The notes under the pieces are model-generated. The model saw nothing but the letters and a program-made list of their open reading frames with translations. It ran no database searches and had not been told where the DNA came from. A stretch of DNA of 64,000 nt from Acidobacteriota bacterium (lineage in GTDB: Bacteria > Acidobacteriota > CAIWXX01): the NCBI GenBank assembly GCA_040755995.1, contig JBFMAF010000008.1, positions 64,001-128,000 on the forward strand, given 5' to 3'. Below, piece by piece: positions 8,374 through 16,693 of this stretch; the stretch's first letter is position 1, and each line of letters opens with the position of its first letter. Made by a program: the position numbers and the translations under genes.

Positions 8374-10227
8374 TCATAGCGATTCAAACTCCTCCACGCG
8401 CTGCCTCGGCGGCTTCCCCTCCCTGTCCCAGCCATGCAGCGCGTAGTACTCGTCGAGCATCTGCGAAAAACTCTCCCGATCGATCCGATGGCCCGTCGTC
8501 TTGCGGCCGGTCATCGGCTCGTCGAAATACCGGGCGGGGAGCGTGTCGTCTTTCCGCGTGGCGCCTTCACGCATGTTGATCACCCGCTCGAGGTCGACGA
8601 CACGCCGCCCCACCTCGACCAGCTCCTCCCTGCCGATCTCCAGGCCGGTCGCGAGATAGATCAGCTCGCTGAAGTGATCGTAGTTGAGGTTGCGGGGGCT
8701 GTTGAAGCCGTGGCAGATGAACTTGCAGATGCCGACGCAATCCACCACGGCAAAGATGGTCTCGCCGAACGTGACGACGACCGCCTTGCTGTGATAGGAG
8801 GTCGGGTTTGGATCAACCGGTTGGCCGTAGATCTGCCGGGTGACATCGGCGGGCAGATCGAAGATCTCGAGCGTCGGGCGGCTGCGAAGATGGTCGGCGC
8901 CGCGCGAGGCGGTCGCGATGCCCAGGGCGAACCCCTTGAGGTACCGCACGTCGTGCGGGTCGGACTGGGGAAGGCCTTTGACGGCGATCAGGAAAGCCTC
9001 TGAACCAGGGAAGCGGGCCGCGACGCGACTGCCCTCCGCCAGCAAGTCGCCCAGGTCGCGCCGCGCAGCAATATCGTAGATCAACCCCTTCATGGTGTAG
9101 TAGTCGCCGAACCTCAGCTCGCGGCCTCCCGTCAAGGTCGTGTCGAGCATTCCGCGCTGGCTCAGCTCGATAGCCCATGCCAGGTAGGTGCCTGTGGAGG
9201 ATACGTCCAGACCGAGATCGTTCACGATGTTCTGCAGATCGATGATCTGCGCCGTATCGGCGATGCCGATGTTGGCGCCCAGCAGCACTTCGGAGGTGTA
9301 CTCGGGCCCTTCGCCGCCGAGCGTGTTACGATGGCGGCAGTGCACGACACAGCCGGCGCATGCCAGCATTTTCTCTACGTACTTGTGGATCTCCTCGGCA
9401 TTCAGCGTTTCCTCGAAGGAGGTCCTCTGGCTGTTGTGCGTGCGAATCGCGCCGAGGTAGTTGCTGACGTCGTACAGCAGCGGCGTCCCGACGCCGCCCA
9501 GAATGCGAATCACCTTCGACTGCTGCAGGTACTTGCGAAGCTCCACTGATTTCGCGAGAAACGCCTCGGGATGCGCGATGGGTAGCCCGAGGTGGCCGCG
9601 CGCCACGATCGCCTTGAGGTTCTTCGCCCCCCAGACAGCGCCCGTGCCGCAGCGGCCTGCGGCGTTCTTCGGGCCATATCGCACGGCGGCGAACCGTACC
9701 TTGTTCTCCCCCGCCGTGCCGATCAACTCGACCTCGACATCGGCGCCGAGATCGTGCTTGAAACGCACGGTCGCCTCGGCGCAATCTTTGCCCCAGTATC
9801 TGGTGGCGTCGCGAATCTCGACGCGGCCGTCCTCGATGTAGAGATAGACCGGCGTGTCGGCCGCCCCAGTGATGATCAGGCGGTCGATGCCGGCATAGCG
9901 CATCTCCGGCCCCAGGAATCCGCCGATGTTCGAATCGCCGAGGATGCCGGATTCAGGCGACTTCGTCGTGATGCTATGTCGCCCTGAATTCGGCGCTCCT
10001 GTTCCCGTAAGCAGGCCCGTTCCGATGATGAGCGGGTTCTCGGGTGCGAGCGCGTCGGTGCCGGGCCGGAGATGCTTGTAGAGATAGTACATGTTCAGCC
10101 CGCGTCCTCCGACGAAGTTGCGCACCAGCTCGGGTGGGGTGACACCGATTTCAATGCGGCGTCCGGTCAAATCGACGTGGGCGAGCGTCGCGAGTGGACG
10201 GCTCTTTCCAGCTGCGCGATGCTCCAT
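8374..10227 (-). CDS. aor: Aldehyde ferredoxin oxidoreductase family (tungstopterin) catalytic subunit
   Basis: GGRG, KSPESG, IGTAGEN, AAGRCGTGAVWGAKNLKA, CAGCVVHC, EGPEY, SRGADH, DDTLPARY and YYALHGWD motifs. Confidence 0.92.
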   Translation of the reverse strand: MEHRAAGKSRPLATLAHVDLTGRRIEIGVTPPELVRNFVGGRGLNMYYLYKHLRPGTDALAPENPLIIGTGLLTGTGAPNSGRHSITTKSPESGILGDSNIGGFLGPEMRYAGIDRLIITGAADTPVYLYIEDGRVEIRDATRYWGKDCAEATVRFKHDLGADVEVELIGTAGENKVRFAAVRYGPKNAAGRCGTGAVWGAKNLKAIVARGHLGLPIAHPEAFLAKSVELRKYLQQSKVIRILGGVGTPLLYDVSNYLGAIRTHNSQRTSFEETLNAEEIHKYVEKMLACAGCVVHCRHRNTLGGEGPEYTSEVLLGANIGIADTAQIIDLQNIVNDLGLDVSSTGTYLAWAIELSQRGMLDTTLTGGRELRFGDYYTMKGLIYDIAARRDLGDLLAEGSRVAARFPGSEAFLIAVKGLPQSDPHDVRYLKGFALGIATASRGADHLRSRPTLEIFDLPADVTRQIYGQPVDPNPTSYHSKAVVVTFGETIFAVVDCVGICKFICHGFNSPRNLNYDHFSELIYLATGLEIGREELVEVGRRVVDLERVINMREGATRKDDTLPARYFDEPMTGRKTTGHRIDRESFSQMLDEYYALHGWDREGKPPRQRVEEFESL

Positions 10228-10278
10228 CTGGCTACTCCCCGACCTGTCTCCGCCCCGCCGGTGAATCGACTGGCCGAT

Positions 10279-11649
10279 CTACCATGGTCTCCTATCCTGC
10301 TCCCGTTCCGACCAACCTGCGTCATCGAACTGCTTGTGGTAGGGCTCGGCCAACTCCAGCGACTTGCGCCACGGCAGACCGACTCCCTCCATCTGGTCCC
10401 TGAACCAGGCGCGTCGCGAATCGAAGAGCGCCCTCTTGCCGTTCAACAGCGCGTCCTTTACCGGCGCGGCGGACCTCTGCGACTGTATCAGGTAGTTGAT
10501 CAATCCGACGGGGCCGAGGTCACCCACCACCACTGCGCCGATGAGGAGGTCGCGACGGAAGACGAGTTTCTGGTAGATCCGGCCTTCGAACGACTCGCGC
10601 AACCGCACCTCATCGCCCGGCTCCGGCTCGATCACCCCTATCGACATGATCGGGGTGCCGAAAAGCGGCAGGGCGGTCATGCCGATGTAGCCGCCATGTT
10701 CGGTGGAATGCCCGGCCATGTTCAAACCCGCGATGCGCCCCTGCGCGTGCGCGTTGGGCCAGTTCGCGTTCACGAACACGCTGCCACGGGTCACGTCGTG
10801 CGTCTCGGCCACATCACCGGCGGCATACACCCCGGGCACGTTCGTCTCGAAGAAGCTGTTCACCAGTACCCCGACGTCAGTCCTCACGCGCGTGCCGCTC
10901 ACCAGACTCAGATTCGGCCTGACGCCCGTCGCCTTGACGACCACTGAGCATTCGATCTTCTCCCCGTTGTCCAGCAAGACGGCGGCCACACCGTCCTCTC
11001 TGCTCCCCGACACCTCCGCCAAGCGACGTCCTACCAGAACGCGTATGCGATTCTGCTCGAGAATCGCGCGCGCGTGCTCGGATGCAGGGGCGTCAAGTAT
11101 TCGACTGAGAATGTGGGGCAACAGCTCCACGAGCGTGACATCCAGTCCGGCGCCGCGCAGTCCGCAGGCAGCCTGAATCCCCACCAGCCCCGCACCCACG
11201 ACGACGGCCGTGCGGCGGGACGAGCCGCACGCCGCAATGCGAGCGCGGATCGCCTCTGCGTCTCCCCGCCTCCAGAAATCGAAGACCCCGGTGCGATCAG
11301 ACCCCCTGAGCGGCGGGAACGTCTGGACCGAGCCGGTTGCGATGAGGAGCCTGTCGTAGTGCATCGTTTCCCCGTCTGCGAGAACGACCGTCTTCGAGTC
11401 GACGTCGAGCGATTCGGCGCGGACGCCGAGTCGCGGCTCGATCCGCAAGCGTTGATAGAAGTCGGCGGGCCGGTAACGCATTCCGTCGGCCGTCGTTTCG
11501 CCTGCGACGAAGTGCGAAATGAGCGGCCGCGAATAGACGTGATGCGGCTCATCACCGACAACCACGATCTCGCAGCTCCTGTCCACCGCGCGGATGGACT
11601 CTGCCGCGCCGATGCCAGCCGCGCTGTTGCCTACGATCAGATAGCGCAT
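10279..11649 (-). CDS. FAD/NAD-dependent oxidoreductase (AorC-like)
   Basis: IVGNSAAG FAD site, ATGS, VVGAGLVG NAD site and TNVPGVYAAGD; start trimmed to MRYLIVG. Confidence 0.88.
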   Translation of the reverse strand: MRYLIVGNSAAGIGAAESIRAVDRSCEIVVVGDEPHHVYSRPLISHFVAGETTADGMRYRPADFYQRLRIEPRLGVRAESLDVDSKTVVLADGETMHYDRLLIATGSVQTFPPLRGSDRTGVFDFWRRGDAEAIRARIAACGSSRRTAVVVGAGLVGIQAACGLRGAGLDVTLVELLPHILSRILDAPASEHARAILEQNRIRVLVGRRLAEVSGSREDGVAAVLLDNGEKIECSVVVKATGVRPNLSLVSGTRVRTDVGVLVNSFFETNVPGVYAAGDVAETHDVTRGSVFVNANWPNAHAQGRIAGLNMAGHSTEHGGYIGMTALPLFGTPIMSIGVIEPEPGDEVRLRESFEGRIYQKLVFRRDLLIGAVVVGDLGPVGLINYLIQSQRSAAPVKDALLNGKRALFDSRRAWFRDQMEGVGLPWRKSLELAEPYHKQFDDAGWSEREQDRRPW

Positions 11650-11719
11650 CGCCGCCTCCACCGGGCCTTCGAAAATCGACGCTGGACGACGCGCCACCGG
11701 GCGTATGGTGCGGGGTCTC

Positions 11720-12460
11720 TCACGAGTGGCTCGGGTGAAATGCCCATATCGTGGCGATACCGGCCAGCATGAGGGCGAACTGCAGAATCGATTCGGCCGG
11801 ACGTTTCTTTCCCCGGCGTCCCGGAATGAGGTCAGCCAGGGCGATGTAGATGAAGCTTGCCGCCGAAAGCGCGAGCACATAGGGCGCCACAGCGAGTATG
11901 GAACGCGTGGCGAGGTAGGCCAGAACCGCACCGACCAGCGTGAACGAGCTGGAGAGACTGTTGTAGAGCATGGCCGAGGCGCGGCGGTAGCCCGAGTCCA
12001 CGAGGATCATGAAGTCACCGACCTCCTGCGGGATCTCGTGCGCGATTACTGCGATGGGTGTGGCGATGCCCAGATCTGTCGACGTGACGAAAGCCATCGT
12101 GATGGCGATTCCATCCACGAAGTTGTGGAACGCGTCTCCCACCAGCACCAGCGCACCTGCCGACGAATGAACGTCGCAATGCGGATCGTGGCAGTGCCTC
12201 CAGACCACCAGCTCCTCGAGGACGAAGAACAGCAGGATGCCGAACAGCACAGTTCGGAGTGTGGCGGGCCCGGAGAGCCGCTCCAGAGCGTATGGGATCA
12301 TGCCGATGAAGGCGGCTCCGAGCAGCGTGCCGGTCGCGTAGCTCACGACGTTCGGGACCAGCCATTGGCTCTTCCCGTCCTTGAATAGCAGCACTGCGCC
12401 CGCTATCAACACCGATCCGACACTCCCGAGCGCACTGAAGAGTATGATCATTCTCAGCAT
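11720..12460 (-). CDS. ZIP-family divalent metal transporter
   Basis: HNFVDG and HEIPQEVGD motifs, His-rich loop WRHCHDPHCDVH, multiple TM helices. Confidence 0.9.
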   Translation of the reverse strand: MLRMIILFSALGSVGSVLIAGAVLLFKDGKSQWLVPNVVSYATGTLLGAAFIGMIPYALERLSGPATLRTVLFGILLFFVLEELVVWRHCHDPHCDVHSSAGALVLVGDAFHNFVDGIAITMAFVTSTDLGIATPIAVIAHEIPQEVGDFMILVDSGYRRASAMLYNSLSSSFTLVGAVLAYLATRSILAVAPYVLALSAASFIYIALADLIPGRRGKKRPAESILQFALMLAGIATIWAFHPSHS

Positions 12461-12687
12461 GGGCTCACTCCGAACGATCGGCTCTCCTGCGTGCTCATCC
12501 CCTCGTGGAAGGTGGCCATCTCTTGAAGCGGTCTCGGTGGCACAGCCTCTTTCCCACAACGTGGCCATAGCAGGAAACGCGCCAACCCCAGTCGACCGCG
12601 TGATCTGAGTGCCTTCTCTCGATGAATCTCCGGGTTGCGGTCGTGACCTGGGCGTTGCCGACGCGTGCGGGGTCGCATCGCCGCCAC

Positions 12688-13248
12688 TCACTCGGCAGAT
12701 CGAGTCGCTCCAGTGCGACTTCGCTGGACCTCGACCATTGCACCTGCGAGATACCTTGCGGCTAGACTGACGTAGAGGTCCTTCGCCCAGTGGGTCATTG
12801 GGGCGTGACGCTCGTTCACCTCGCCGGTGACCCTCGCCGGCACGCCCACCGCAATCCTGCGGGGCGGGATCTTCTGGCTGTTCTTGACCAGGGTCATTTC
12901 ACCAACTATGGCGCCCTCTCCCACCTCAGAGAAGTCGCTCACCACCGCGCGCATGCCGATGACGGCACCATCCCTGATCGTGGCGTTGTGGATCATGGCG
13001 CCGTGGCCGACGGTGACCCGCTTGCCGATCCGCGTGCAGTCCTCGGGCCGGGCGTGCACGATGACCCCTTCCTCGACGGCGGTCTCATCCCCGATCTCTA
13101 TGGAACCGTAATCGCCGCGCAAGATAGCGCCGTGCCCGATGTAGCAGCTCTCACCGATCGTCACTCTCCCAATGATCTGCGCAGAGGGGGATACATAGGC
13201 GCTTCCGGCGATGTCAGGGTGGCGTTCCTCGAAAGCGTAGACTGGCAT
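12688..13248 (-). CDS. Gamma carbonic anhydrase family protein
   Basis: Hexapeptide repeats, LRGD, VH and VTVGHGAMIH zinc histidines. Confidence 0.9.
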   Translation of the reverse strand: MPVYAFEERHPDIAGSAYVSPSAQIIGRVTIGESCYIGHGAILRGDYGSIEIGDETAVEEGVIVHARPEDCTRIGKRVTVGHGAMIHNATIRDGAVIGMRAVVSDFSEVGEGAIVGEMTLVKNSQKIPPRRIAVGVPARVTGEVNERHAPMTHWAKDLYVSLAARYLAGAMVEVQRSRTGATRSAE

Positions 13249-13315
13249 TGTTCATCCTTTCCATCAAAGCGGCTCTTTGCATTGGATCAAGTCCAGATGC
13301 GTTTCACATCATACT

Positions 13316-13483
13316 TCAAACCTCCAGAGATCGGCCCCTCATCGCCACCCTGCCCATCGCCTCATACAGCACGGGAACCACAATCAGGCGCAGGTGGAAG
13401 GCAAAGGGGAACCCGCCGAGGTAGACGACGGCCTGCGGCCTGTGCAACTCGGCGCCGGTAGACCTTGTGAGGGCGAGTGGCAA
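13316..13483 (-). pseudogene. Remnant duplicate of the cusA/czcA 3' end
   Basis: Translates LPLALTRSTGAELHRPQAVVYLGGFPFAFHLRLIVVPVLYEAMGRVAMRGRSLEV*, versus LPLALTRSTGAELHRPLAVVYIGGFLFAILLRLIVVPVLYEAMGKVALRRKGPEA* at 19608-19775. Confidence 0.9.
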
Positions 13484-13489
13484 CGAGCT

Positions 13490-15757
13490 TCAATCGAAGC
13501 TGTATTCCAGCTTGGCGAAGAACGTTCTCATGTAGCGCGGGCCGTAGACGTAGCCGGCGTCTCTGTCCGGTCCCCGGTCCAGATCAGACTGGAATTGATC
13601 GAAAAGGTTGCTCACTCCCGCAGTGAGCCGCACTTTGGCCCTGCCTGAGGGATCTGCCCACAAATCCCTTGCGCCCGTCAGATCAAGGACATAGAAAGAA
13701 GGCGTTTCCTCCAGCCGGCTAGCCTGGATGTATCCGGCGTAGTGCGGGACAAGCATTCTTCCGGTATACTGCAGCCTTCCGGATATGTTCGTTTTTGTCC
13801 TGCTCTCGTAATAGTCGGCAGAAAGGTACCCGTATGTCTCGGGTGTCCTGAAGAATGACCTTTGATTGAAATCAGGTTCAGGATGATCGTACAGCCCCTG
13901 CTCCCAGGTGAATCCTGCTGCGAATCCCAGCTTCTCACCGATCTCGATCCTTGTAGCGATTTCAACTCCGTAGCTCCTTGCAGCGCCGGCGTTTATTCTC
14001 TGGAACACAAGCTCATCGTCTCCGGAGTGCAGAGGCTGGAGTGCAAAGGCATCCCTGAGCCTCGTATAGAACCCCGTTACGGCGACTGATTGAGTCATTG
14101 TCTCTCCCGCTGTCCAGTTGTTCTGGAGACCCGCACTGTAGCTTGTGGAAGACTCCTCTCTGAGCGTTGGATCGTTGATTATGATCGCACCTTGGCCTCC
14201 GACCTGAGTGATATGCAGGTCCTCGTCAAAGACCTTCGGGGCGCAGAATCCGCGGGAGACTGCCGCCCTGAGTCTCCAGCTGTCGCTGAGTGAGATCATC
14301 ACGTTGCCGCGGGGGCTCATGACTGTCTTGTTCAATACATTGGGCCTGTCCAACCGAAGCCCGCCTACAACGGTGACTCGATTGCCCAGAGTGATTTCAT
14401 CCTGAACGAAAACTCCGGTGTTCGTGTACACGTCGTCAATGACTCTGTCATAAGCAAGAGCCTCGTCTTTCAGCCATTCACGATCCAATGCGAGGCCGGC
14501 AACAAGATAGTGTTTCTCAATCTGATGGTGCAGAACCGCCTCGAAATTGACCAGAGGGTTGGTCGACTTTCCATACGCATTCGGATCCATGTTGGAACCA
14601 TAATAGGAATCTCTTCTTGTATAGGCAAAGGCCATGGAAGTTTCGTAGAAGCTTTTGCCCGAAAGGAGCTGTCTCCATCGTGCTCTCCCGCCATATCGCA
14701 GAGTATCGGCTGCCTCTGCGGTCAAGGCCTCATGGGGAGGAAGATCGAGCCTGTCTCCACCTCTGCGGTCCTCGTGAAATCTGTGAATATCAACAGTGAG
14801 CTGGCCCTTGTTCGCCAGCAGATCCTGGAAGAATCGAACGCCGAAGGCTTCAAGCTTCTTGTATCCCATATCCGAGAATCCGTCCCCGTCTCTGTCAATC
14901 GGGGCCACCCGGTCCACCTTTCCGAAGCCGAGTATCCCCGTATCCCCGGACGAATTCACAGCAGAAAACAGGCCGGAGCCAAGACACTCCGGCCTCCCGT
15001 TCTGCCACCCCTGCTGATAACTCATCCGGAACATCGTTTCCTCCGGGTTCTTCCCCACGATGTTAACCACCCCCGCGACAGCTGAAGCTCCGAATAGCGC
15101 GGAGCCCCCACCCTTCACAACCTCGATCTGCTGTATCATCTCCGGTGGAATCTGCTCAAGCCCGTATACGAGCGCAAGAGAGCTCAGCGAAGGACTGCCG
15201 TCAAGAAGCACCTGAGTGTAGCGTCCCTCAAGTCCGTTCAGTCGGATGTGGGTTATGTTGCAGTTCTGGCATGCGTTTTCTACTCTGACTCCGGTTACTG
15301 CCGTGAAAGCGTCTGAGACCGTTCTAACCAGAGGTGAAGCCAGCTCTCTGCTGCTGATGACTTCTGTCCTCACGGGCACATCCGCAAGAACTACCTCCCT
15401 CCTGGTTCCGGTAACCACTATTGCATCAGAAACCGCTTCCTTCTTGGTAAGTTCGATTAGTATCTCCTGAATGCCATCTCCTGCCAGAGACAACGGCGGG
15501 CATTCGCTCAGATAGTACCCTTCCATAAAGGCTTCGAGAGTGTACGTTCCGCCAGGCACTTCTGCAAAGCAGAAGTCCCCGTTTCTATCGGTCGACACAA
15601 CTCTACCTAACGGCTTCAGTATTACATCCGCCGAACAGACAGGACTTCCGTCTTTTCCTGCTGTGACTCGGCCTCTGATCGTCCCTGCGCCGCAGAGGCC
15701 TACGCAGCAGAATACGAGAATCGCGCAAACGAAAAGCTGAACACATTGCCTACTCAT
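13490..15757 (-). CDS. TonB-dependent receptor with N-terminal carboxypeptidase-regulatory-like domain and plug CxxC
   Basis: Signal peptide, IVVTGTR TonB box, ENACQNC plug, IEVVKGGGSALFG, C-terminal YVYGP..EYSFD; visibly lower GC than its flanks. Confidence 0.92.
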   Translation of the reverse strand: MSRQCVQLFVCAILVFCCVGLCGAGTIRGRVTAGKDGSPVCSADVILKPLGRVVSTDRNGDFCFAEVPGGTYTLEAFMEGYYLSECPPLSLAGDGIQEILIELTKKEAVSDAIVVTGTRREVVLADVPVRTEVISSRELASPLVRTVSDAFTAVTGVRVENACQNCNITHIRLNGLEGRYTQVLLDGSPSLSSLALVYGLEQIPPEMIQQIEVVKGGGSALFGASAVAGVVNIVGKNPEETMFRMSYQQGWQNGRPECLGSGLFSAVNSSGDTGILGFGKVDRVAPIDRDGDGFSDMGYKKLEAFGVRFFQDLLANKGQLTVDIHRFHEDRRGGDRLDLPPHEALTAEAADTLRYGGRARWRQLLSGKSFYETSMAFAYTRRDSYYGSNMDPNAYGKSTNPLVNFEAVLHHQIEKHYLVAGLALDREWLKDEALAYDRVIDDVYTNTGVFVQDEITLGNRVTVVGGLRLDRPNVLNKTVMSPRGNVMISLSDSWRLRAAVSRGFCAPKVFDEDLHITQVGGQGAIIINDPTLREESSTSYSAGLQNNWTAGETMTQSVAVTGFYTRLRDAFALQPLHSGDDELVFQRINAGAARSYGVEIATRIEIGEKLGFAAGFTWEQGLYDHPEPDFNQRSFFRTPETYGYLSADYYESRTKTNISGRLQYTGRMLVPHYAGYIQASRLEETPSFYVLDLTGARDLWADPSGRAKVRLTAGVSNLFDQFQSDLDRGPDRDAGYVYGPRYMRTFFAKLEYSFD

Positions 15758-16029
15758 AGTTCTCTCCAGGTCTGATTACGGTATGCAGAATCGGTCACAC
15801 GGTATTGATGAAGCCAACGCGCCCCGATGCGATGGCGCGGTTTGCAGCATGTCAGGACGTCGCGGAGTGGGTCGGCGCCTTGGACATCCGAATCGATGTT
15901 GATCCAGGGCCGCCCAAGCGCACCGGCTTGATCAGCCCTCACCAGGCAAGGCTCGTTTTGCTCGCTGCCCGACCGCATTAACGGGTTCGAGCCCGGCGCC
16001 AGCAAGACGCACTCCACGAATGACATCAC
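15754..16029 (-). pseudogene. Degenerate 5' remnant of the tolC/cusC gene, still an open 91-codon ORF coupled to the TBDR
   Basis: SFVECVLLAPGSNPLMRSGSEQNEPCLVRADQAGALGRPWINIDSDVQ aligns ungapped (24/48 identical, by hand) with SLADCVSLALARNPLVRSAGEMYRASLARIQQAKALPQPSIDIDSDLQ of 24068..25324; GGAGG SD; ATGA overlap with the TBDR. Confidence 0.75.
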
Positions 16030-16100
16030 TGCACCTCCCCACGAACGTCGACGTACGAGAGTGTACTAACTGAACGAAACGAAATGAGCAGAGGGGGGCT

Positions 16101-16373
16101 TCAGGCGAGAGGAGGCGAGCGGGATAGCGGAATAATCAGCCATGCGCGGCGGGGCACAGAGAAGACCACCGGCTGCAGCATTTCCACTACAACCAGCTGG
16201 CACGGAGGACTCAGGTTCACCTGATGAGGCGTTCCGATCGACTGGCCGTAGTTGCATGCCGGACAGTGGTCGTTTGAAGAGATGCTTTCTTCTGTGTGCG
16301 AGAAATTGACGGACGCCAGGACGAACAGGAACAGAGCCAGGAAACCCGCCACAGCCCATCTGTTTTGCCTCAC
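16101..16373 (-). CDS. Putative metal-sensing arrest/leader peptide, copy 1 (DUF2946/CruR-like)
   Basis: 90 aa: hydrophobic N-terminus, SHTEE, HCPAC, C-terminal SRSPPLA*; paralog of 19134 and 25404; GGAG SD. Confidence 0.8.
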   Translation of the reverse strand: MRQNRWAVAGFLALFLFVLASVNFSHTEESISSNDHCPACNYGQSIGTPHQVNLSPPCQLVVVEMLQPVVFSVPRRAWLIIPLSRSPPLA

Positions 16374-16558
16374 CAGATACACTCCCATCGCCAATCTACG
16401 CCAGAGGTCGGCCGGAATTCAGGATGATACGCGGCATACCGTCGAGCCGCGTTGGGGGCGGAAGTAGGCGGCGCTTGGGCTCGACGCGGAACGTCGTCGC
16501 CCGTCCATGTGGCATCTGCCGCCAGCCAGCCTTCGTGCTGCCAGTGTCCTTGCATCTC

Positions 16559-16611
16559 TATAATGACAGTGACTCTCATTTTCATTATACAACAACTGCG
16601 AAACCTGTCAA
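16559..16611 (-). promoter_or_regulatory. Consensus sigma70 promoter overlapped by a Fur-family-like box
   Basis: Minus strand TTGACA-N16-TATAAT; TATAATGA-N15-TCATTATA inverted repeat with inner 9-1-9 AATGACAGT-G-ACTCTCATT. Confidence 0.75.
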
Positions 16612-16693
16612 CACGCTACTGGCGAGGCGCGGCCTCAGACTCGCGAAGCATGCATCGTTCTGACGGCTGCGCCTCGCCTCGACAGTGGAAGGC

